DNA from: Isosphaeraceae bacterium
GTDB lineage: Bacteria > Planctomycetota > Planctomycetia > Isosphaerales > Isosphaeraceae
Assembly (NCBI GenBank): GCA_965201075.1
Contig: CBDAVP010000022.1
Span: 4,567-68,566, forward strand
Length of the DNA stretch: 64,000 nucleotides
Direction: 5' to 3'
The position numbers and the translations under genes were made by a program. This document shows positions 53,851-61,500 of the stretch, piece after piece. The notes under the pieces are model-generated. The model was not told the origin of the DNA. It saw nothing but the letters and a program-made list of their open reading frames with translations, and searched no databases. Numbering within the stretch: the stretch's first letter is position 1; each line of letters starts with the position of its first letter.

Positions 53851-54849
53851 ATGCGTCCGATGGCCGTTTTCCTGGCGTGGGTGTCGCTCTCGTCGTTCGC
53901 GTATGGGGGTCTTGGCTTTCGAGAGGGGGACCGGACGATTGAGGTCAGCCTCGACGACCAGCCCTTGACGGTTTATCGGTATGGTCCCAAGTCGACCCGG
54001 CCGTATTTCTGGCCGATCCTGATCGCCGAAGGGCTCGCGGTGACTCGGGGGTTCCCCGAGGTGCCGGATGTTCCGGGCGAGACTCGTGACCACCCCTGGC
54101 ATCGGGGACTGAGCTTTTCTCATGGCCGGGTCGAGGTGGAAGGTCGCGAGCCGGTTGATTTCTGGGCGGAGGGTGTCAAGGAACAGGGACGCATTGTCCA
54201 TCGCCGCCTGGACCCGGGCCCTTCGATCACCGATGGCGTCCTGAAATTCGCCACGAGGAACGATTGGCTCGCGCCCGATGGGACGAAACTGGTTGAGGAC
54301 CATGCTCAGTGGCGGGTGGACGACCTTGGCGATGGGGCCGTGCGGATCTCCTTGGCGATTGAACTGACCGCTGGCGCGAAGGCCCTTCGGTTTGGTGATT
54401 CCAAGGAAGGGAATTTCTCGGTTCGGGTGACGACCGCGCTCGATGAAGTGGGGGATGCGACCGGGCTCCGTCGGGAATCTCCGCGTGGCCACGTCATCGA
54501 TAGCGGCGGACAGGTGGGGGCCGCTCGGATCTGGGGCAAGCCGGCGGACTGGGTGGATTACTCGGGACGTGTGGGTGACATTCCCCTGGGCGTGTCGCTG
54601 TTCGACCATCCCGGGAATCGTCCGCGGACTCGCTGGCATGTTCGCGATTATGGGCTGCTGAGCGCCAATGTCTTCGGAGAGCGGGCCTTCGGCGTCAACG
54701 AGCCGGGTCCTGGGGTGAGCCTGAAACCGGGCGAGTCGGTCACCTACCGATTCGCGCTGCTGGCCCACCCGGGGACCGTCGAGACGGGACACGTCGCCCG
54801 TCATTACCAGGAGTATCTGCGGGTGGCGGAGGGGACGGCCAAACCTTGA
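53851..54849 (+). CDS. PmoA-like/DUF6807 family protein, secreted
   Basis: It has a signal peptide MRPMAVFLAWVSLSSFAYG. The motifs RPYFWPI, DHPWHRGLSFSHG, DFW and DYGLLSANVFG are as I recall them for this family. Confidence 0.6.
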   Translation: MRPMAVFLAWVSLSSFAYGGLGFREGDRTIEVSLDDQPLTVYRYGPKSTRPYFWPILIAEGLAVTRGFPEVPDVPGETRDHPWHRGLSFSHGRVEVEGREPVDFWAEGVKEQGRIVHRRLDPGPSITDGVLKFATRNDWLAPDGTKLVEDHAQWRVDDLGDGAVRISLAIELTAGAKALRFGDSKEGNFSVRVTTALDEVGDATGLRRESPRGHVIDSGGQVGAARIWGKPADWVDYSGRVGDIPLGVSLFDHPGNRPRTRWHVRDYGLLSANVFGERAFGVNEPGPGVSLKPGESVTYRFALLAHPGTVETGHVARHYQEYLRVAEGTAKP

Positions 54850-54864
54850 GTTGACCCGGGGGGC

Positions 54865-56238
54865 TCAAGTCACCGTCGCGCTGGGGCTGGCGTCGTGGAT
54901 CGAGCCGGCCGGCCCGCACGGCTGCCGGGTGGGGGTCATGTCGACCTTGACGATATCGGGCCTCAGGAGGAGCGAGACGGTCCAGTCGACGGCGACTCGC
55001 AGGCGACGGCCCCAGCCGGGGAGTTGGAGCAAGTAATAGGTTCTCCAGAGGAACCAGGCGGGGAATCCCGTGACCCTCATCCCGAGGATTTCCGCCAGCC
55101 CCTTGTTGTGGCCCAGGGCGGCCATCAGGCCCAGGGTTTTGTACACAAAGGGCTGAGGAGCCGAGTTCGTAAAGGCGCCGTGGATGTTGCGGGCCAGGAC
55201 CTTCGCTTCTCTCAGGGCGTGTTGCGCCAGGGCGGGATACGGCTTTCCGTCGGGTCCGGGAATCGAGGCGCAATCCCCCAGGGCCCAGACTTCCGGGTGG
55301 CTCTTGCTGCGCATCGTCTCGTCGACAACGATCTTCCCCTTTCTGTCCTTTTGCACCGCCAGGTTGGCGACGACCGGACTGGGGACGATGCCCGCGGCGA
55401 GCACCACGGTCGCGGCCAGGATTCGCTCGCCTTCCAGGATGATCCCGTCGGGCTCGATCGACTTCACCTTGGTATTGACCCGAACCTCGCTGCCCTTGCG
55501 GCGGCCGAGGATCTTGCCGGCATAGTTGCCCGATTCCGCGTCCAGTTGGGGCATCAGCCGGTCGCCCGCCTCCAGAAGGAGGAAGCGGACCTCGTCCCGT
55601 TCCACCCCCTGGTAGAGTCGGGCGATCTCGTCGACGAAGGCTGTCAGCTCGCCGAACAACTCCACGCCAACCAGGCCGCCGCCGATGACGACAAACGTCA
55701 GCAGGGACCGCTTACGGGCGGAGTCGGTCTCGACGGCGGCCCGCTCGAACCGCTCGATCAAGTGGTTGCGCAGCAGCACGGCGTCGGCCAGGGACTTGAA
55801 CGTGAAGGCGTGCTCGGAGCCGGGGATGGTCTTCAGGTCGGTGGTGGAGCCGAGGGCGAGGACCAGGTGGTCGTAGGGCAGTTCGTAGGGATCGCCCTCG
55901 GGTGCCTTGGCGTGGACGGACTGTCGGTCCAGGTCGATGGCGGTGACCTCGGCCTCGACGAACCGGGCTCGGCGGAGAAAGGCGCGGATCGGGACCGAGG
56001 CGTTGCGCAGTTCCAGGATGCCCGAGCAAGCCTCGAACAGCAGCGGGGTCATCAGGAAGAAGTTGTCGCGGCTAACCACCACGATCTCGGCGCCCGGCCG
56101 GTCCTTCAAGGCCGATTCCAAATGCCTTGCGGTGTTGAGGCCGGCGAAGCCTCCTCCGAGGATCACCACCCGCTTCCAGGGGGCCGGCGTGGCGGGTCGA
56201 CCTCGGGTGGGCGTGGTGGGGACTGGGGACTCGGCCAT
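54865..56238 (-). CDS. ndh: Type II NADH dehydrogenase (NAD(P)/FAD-dependent oxidoreductase)
   Basis: It has two dinucleotide-binding motifs, VVILGGGFAGL and VVIGGGLVGVE. The start is at the internal ATG (MAESPVPT). Confidence 0.9.
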   Translation of the reverse strand: MAESPVPTTPTRGRPATPAPWKRVVILGGGFAGLNTARHLESALKDRPGAEIVVVSRDNFFLMTPLLFEACSGILELRNASVPIRAFLRRARFVEAEVTAIDLDRQSVHAKAPEGDPYELPYDHLVLALGSTTDLKTIPGSEHAFTFKSLADAVLLRNHLIERFERAAVETDSARKRSLLTFVVIGGGLVGVELFGELTAFVDEIARLYQGVERDEVRFLLLEAGDRLMPQLDAESGNYAGKILGRRKGSEVRVNTKVKSIEPDGIILEGERILAATVVLAAGIVPSPVVANLAVQKDRKGKIVVDETMRSKSHPEVWALGDCASIPGPDGKPYPALAQHALREAKVLARNIHGAFTNSAPQPFVYKTLGLMAALGHNKGLAEILGMRVTGFPAWFLWRTYYLLQLPGWGRRLRVAVDWTVSLLLRPDIVKVDMTPTRQPCGPAGSIHDASPSATVT

Positions 56239-56426
56239 CGCGGTCTCCTCCGGCCGCGGTCGCCCGGCGGCGTAACGAATCGTGCAGCGGTAGTTTAGCG
56301 ATGGGGACGCCATCATCAAGGGGCGCGGAGTGGTCCCGACGGTCGTGTCCTAGGCTTGGGGACGACACCTCGCCGCCGAAGCGGGGGTGCAACCGACCTG
56401 GCGAGCCCGACCGAGGAGATTTCCCT

Positions 56427-57560
56427 TTGCGAGACGCGCGTTCGCTCCTGAGCTGGTTTCTCCTGGCCTCACTGGCCTGCCAATCCCACCTGGCGATGGG
56501 GTGCACGGGGTTGCGGATCAAACCCCGAGACGGCTCGATCGTCACGGGACGTACCCTGGAATTTCCGGTCGACATCCGGTCACAAATCGTCGTGATGCCA
56601 AGGGGTCTGGCGTGCACCGGGACGGCGCCGGGCGAGGTGGCCGGCCTGCGATGGACCTCGAAGTATGGGACCGTGGGCACCAACGCGGTGGGACGGCCCT
56701 TGATCGTGGACGGGTTGAACGAGAAGGGGCTGGGCGTGGGGATGTTCTACTTCTCGGGCTGCGCCGAGTACGCGAGCGTGGATGCCACATCGGTCGGCCG
56801 GGCGGTGGCGCCCTGGGAGTTGCCGACGTACCTTCTGGGCACTTGTGGGTCGGTCCCGGAAGCCGTCGAGGCCGCGAGCCGGGTCGTGATCGGCGCGACC
56901 GCCCTGAAGGAGTGGGGGTTCACGCCGCCGGTCCACTACGTTCTGCACGACGACTCGGGGCGTTGTGTCGTTCTGGAGCCGATCGGCGGTCGGTTGGTGG
57001 CGACCGACAACCCCCTGGGCGTCATCGCCAATAACCCAAACTTCGACTGGCACCTGACCAACCTGCAAAATTACGCGAGCTTGACCGTGAACGACCCCCC
57101 CGCGTTCGACCTGGGCGGCCATCGGCTTAGTCCCGTCGACGCCGGAACCGGGATGCTGGGCCTGCCGGGCAATATCACCTCGCCGTCTCGATTCGTCAGA
57201 GCGGTGGCGTTCAGCCAGACGACGCTCCCCGTCGCCGACGCTGATGCGGGCGTTCACCAGGCGTTTCACCTACTCAACCAGTTCGACATTCCCAAGGGGA
57301 TTAGCCAGGTGACGGGTCGAGCCGCAGATGTGCCCGCGGGGGAAGGCGTGGCCGCCGAGTACACCCTTTGGACCACCGTCTCCGACCTGACCCGCCGTCG
57401 ATTCCTTTTCCACACTTACGAAAATCGGCAGGTGCAACGGGTCGACCTGTCCGCGTTCGACCTGGATGCCAAGGCCGTCCGATTCTTGCCGATGACGGCC
57501 CCGGAGCGGTTCGAAATTCTCTCAACGGGCGATCGGCCGCCCGTCGCGTCGAGTCGTTGA
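56427..57560 (+). CDS. Choloylglycine hydrolase family (linear amide C-N hydrolase, Ntn) protein
   Basis: A signal-like segment ends ...CQSHLAMG and is followed directly by the nucleophile Cys (CTGLRIKPRDGSIVTGRTLEF). The start is uncertain (TTG 56427 or ATG 56301). Confidence 0.8.
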   Translation: MRDARSLLSWFLLASLACQSHLAMGCTGLRIKPRDGSIVTGRTLEFPVDIRSQIVVMPRGLACTGTAPGEVAGLRWTSKYGTVGTNAVGRPLIVDGLNEKGLGVGMFYFSGCAEYASVDATSVGRAVAPWELPTYLLGTCGSVPEAVEAASRVVIGATALKEWGFTPPVHYVLHDDSGRCVVLEPIGGRLVATDNPLGVIANNPNFDWHLTNLQNYASLTVNDPPAFDLGGHRLSPVDAGTGMLGLPGNITSPSRFVRAVAFSQTTLPVADADAGVHQAFHLLNQFDIPKGISQVTGRAADVPAGEGVAAEYTLWTTVSDLTRRRFLFHTYENRQVQRVDLSAFDLDAKAVRFLPMTAPERFEILSTGDRPPVASSR

Positions 57561-57741
57561 TTCCGCCGGTTGGAGGGGGGGGCGAGAGGGTTTGATCAGG
57601 CCACCACCCCCCCCCCGATCGTGTCACGATCTTTCATCAGCAAGATCAAACGGACAATGTCGATGGTGCCGGGCGCTTCCAGCTGGGGGTCATTGGAAGC
57701 CGACGACGGTGAAGCCAAGCGAAAGCTTAACCCCGGTCCAG

Positions 57742-57770
57742 TTCACGCTTTATTGAACTTTTGTTACAAT
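57742..57770 (+). promoter_or_regulatory. Sigma70-like promoter candidate in the AT-rich region
   Basis: TTCACG, a 17-nt spacer and TACAAT. The site is about 0.8 kb upstream of the giant gene, so assigning it to that gene is speculative. Confidence 0.2.
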
Positions 57771-58041
57771 CAGGAATTCTTGGCGTTTTCCCAACCCTTT
57801 CCGCGACAGCCGAAGTTCATTGCATGGTGACACCAGCCTTTCGCGGCTTCGTTTTGTGACGTTGAGCCTTCGTGAGTTCACGATGAATCTGGGATGGCCG
57901 GGCCGAGGAAAGCCTTTCTGAAGTGAAGTTGTTATTTTGCATCATCAGGAACGAATCGGAAGCATTCCGAACGAAATGATCCCTCGCTGTTCAATGGCGG
58001 GGAGTGGGACTGGATCGTCTAAGCCGCACTCTTGGCATGGA

Positions 58042-58218
58042 TTAGGGCGGCCATGATCTCTCCACTAGATTGACCGACTTCTTACATTCGTCGGCAGGAT
58101 TCTCGAATCTTCCGCGAAGATTTTCTTGCAATCGCGAGGTGGTGTGAGCTACCTTACGGCCGGTTTCGGCATGAACTTTAGCGTAGGCCGGATCAAAATC
58201 AGTCGCGGTTTCATACAT
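58042..58218 (-). CDS. Possible small ORF (58 aa) inside the AT-rich region
   Basis: The product starts MYETATDFDPAYAKVHAETGRKVAHTTSRLQENL. Its low GC3 is atypical for this genome. I recognise no family, so it may be spurious. Confidence 0.2.
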   Translation of the reverse strand: MYETATDFDPAYAKVHAETGRKVAHTTSRLQENLRGRFENPADECKKSVNLVERSWPP

Positions 58219-58585
58219 GGTCGATGAGGACCGTCGGGCGAGGTTTGACACACCTCGGCGTTGTCGCGAGGCGCGTCGATGACCGTTCAAGCCTCACGCC
58301 CGATTGAACCACAGACGTAGTATCGCACCCACGAGTCAACCACCCCCCGAGTGAACCACCGTCCGGCCGCGATGCGTGCCCGGAGATCCGTACTGGCTCG
58401 GCCCTCGGAAACCGAGGCGTCTGGTCGATGGTTCCCGGACCGCGTTGAGGCTTCGCGCCGTTCCGCATCCTGAAAGGGATCGGGCCGACGAGCGAAGTCG
58501 CGCCCTGGCCGCGGGCGGGTTGCACCGGTTTCTTCGCATCCTTCCGCAAATCGACGCGCTGCGTGACCGAGTTGAGGGACCCTCG

Positions 58586-61500
58586 ATGAGAATGCCGCAT
58601 TCGTCTCGCAAAAGCCGTCGGACTCGCGGAATTCAAGGCGGCCTGCTGGCGCCTCGCAAGCGGCCGGCGATTGGCCGACCGGGCATCGAGGCGTTGGAGC
58701 TTCGGACGATGATGGCCGGCAGTCCGGCCAACGTCTTCGCCCTCTACGACGGATTTTTGGGGCAGGCGAACGCGACCGATCGGGTCGACCTGACCATCTC
58801 CCCGAGCCAGGGGCAGTTCACCCTGCCAAATCACCAGATGGTTCTGGGGTTCGAGACGGTGGCCGGGCCCGACGGCCAGCTCAACCCGGCGGCGGTCCAG
58901 GTTTACAACGCGAACAACGTCCAGGTCGCGACGCTGGCCACCCGCACCGACATTGGCGGTTTGGGGGAAAGCCTGACGCTCGTGAACCTTGCCGCCAACA
59001 CGCCGTACCACCTGGTGGTTTCCGGGCGGAACGGGACCTCGGGCGCCTACCAGATCCGCACGTTCCTGGCCGGCGACCTCAATGGCGACGGCACGGTCGA
59101 CACCGACAATGACCTGAGGCCGATCGCGAATCTCCTGCGTAGCGGGCCGTATCAGGCCGAGGCCGATGCCAACCTGGACGGAGCCATCTCGGCCTTCGAC
59201 TACACCCAGGCCCGCACCAATCTGGGCGATAAGACCACCCTGACTCCGCTGACGCTGACGGAGTTGGTCTCGGGCGGGACAACCGTGACGGGCCTGGGGC
59301 TGGTGACTGGCCAGGCGACGACCACCGTCAGTGGCGTCACGGCGCCCAATACCCCTCTCTTGCTGGACGCGGGCGATGGGCTGTTCGGCGCCGGCTCGAC
59401 CGTCTCGGACTCGCAGGGCCGCTATGCGTTCCAAAACATCGCGCTCGCCGAGGGGTCGAACACGCTGGAGGTTCGCGCCCGGACGACTGGCGACTTTACC
59501 CAGCAACGGCTGGCCACGGCGACGATCCGGCGAGATTCCCAGGCGCCGACGCTGACCATCCAGTCTCCCACGACCGCGACGATCACCAAGGCGAACCTGA
59601 CCATCCAGGGGACGGTGGGCGACACCATCGTCGGGCTGGCTTCGGGATCCGGAGCGTTGTCCGCCCAGGTCGATGGGGGAGTCGCGACGCCCGTCGCCTT
59701 CGATCCGGTGACGGGTCAGTTTCAGTTCACCACCGCCCTGCCGCTGGATGGGACGGCCGAGGGGTCGCACACCGTCACGTTCACGGCGACCAACGGCGTG
59801 GGGACGACCTCCACGGCCAACGTCACGTTCACGCTGGACACGCTCGTCCCGCAACTGACCCTCTCCTCGCCGACGGCCTCGGCCCACCTGGTCTCGGGCG
59901 ACTTGCTGGTGGGTCAGGTCGATGGGACCGGGTCGCCAGTCACCGTGACTTACCAGTTCGACGCGGGGGCGGCGATCCCGTTGACCGTATCGAATGGGAC
60001 TTTCAGTCAAGCTTTCGACCTGAGCGGTCTGACCGACGGGGGACACATCCTCAACGTCACGGCGACCGACCAGGCGGGCAACTCGTCGACGCAGACGATT
60101 TCGATTACCACGGGAGCGGTTTCGACCTTCACGGTCACCAAGTTCACCCCCACGGCCAACGCGGCCGAAATCGGGGTGACGGTGAAGCCGGAAATCTTCT
60201 TCTCGCAACCGGTCGACCCAGACACGGTGAATTCGGACGACTTCTACGCGACATTCGCCGGGGTCAAGCTCGACACCAAGATCGTCGTTTCCAATGACGG
60301 GACCTACGCCTGGCTGTTCTTCCAGCCGTCGATGCCCGACGCCTCGCAGATCCGGATCACGGTGGACGGCTCGAAGATTCGGGCCTCGGGCGGAACGACT
60401 CCGCTGGATGCGATGGCCGACGGGATGGCTGGCAGCGTCCTGACCTACGACTTCCAGACGGTCAGCTCGGTGCCGGTGGCGAATACGTCGCTATCGGGGT
60501 ACGTCGTCGACCCGGGCCCCGACCTCCAGCCGATGACCGCCGATGACTATGACCCAGCGACCGGCAAGTATTTGCTGCCGATCGAGGGGGTCAAGGTTTA
60601 CATCGTTGGCCTTGAGGATCAGGCGGTCTACACCGATGCCAACGGTTACTACCACCTTCCGTCGGTGCCGATTGGCAACGTCAAGGTGGCCGTTGATGGG
60701 CTGACGGCGACCAACCCGCCGCCGGGGTATTACTTCCCGGTGATGGTGATGGACGCCACCATGAAGCCGGGCATCGACAACGACCTGATGCAGAGCATGA
60801 CCTCCGGCGACATGTCCAACATGATGGCGATGTTGGAGTCGCTGGGCCATGCCGCGGGCGAGGCTGGGATGTCGATGGACGACATGGTCGGCATGGGCCC
60901 GATGCCCATGTACCAGCCGCGCGTGCAGACGGCGATCCTGCACACCGTCACCCAGGCGGGGATGAAGATCGTCGCCGACGATCACGGGGCGCCCGGCCTG
61001 ACGCCCGAGCAGCAGGCGATGCTGACGGTCAACGTCGCCCCGAATAGCCTGATCGGCCCGGACGGCTCGCCGATCGCCTCGGCGCAGATCGGCATCAGCG
61101 TGGTGCCTCCCGAAACCGTGATGGACATGCTGCCGCCGGGCGTGCTGCAGCACACCTTCGACATCACCGTTCAGGCGATGGGGGCGACCAACTTCTCGAC
61201 CCCCGCGGCGATGACGTTCCCCAACGTCTACAACGACCCGTCGCAACCCGACTATGCGGCGCCGAACAGCAAGCTTTACTTCCTCAGCTTCGACCACAAC
61301 ACCGGTCGGCTGGTGATCGAGGGGACGGCCACGGTTTCGGCCGACGGCAAGACGGTGTCGACGGACCCGGGCGTGGGGGTCACCCACCCCGGCTGGCACG
61401 GGCTGGTTCCGCCCGGCGACATGACCAAGGGACCCGGTCCCCAGCCCCCGCCGTGCGTCTCGACCCAGCAGGCGATCGACGACGTCGTGGACCTCGGTAC

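Noticed and set aside
57570-57830. The + strand ORF of 86 aa in the AT-rich region
   Set aside because: It starts inside the G8 tract, and its composition and codon usage do not look coding. It is more likely part of a non-coding leader.
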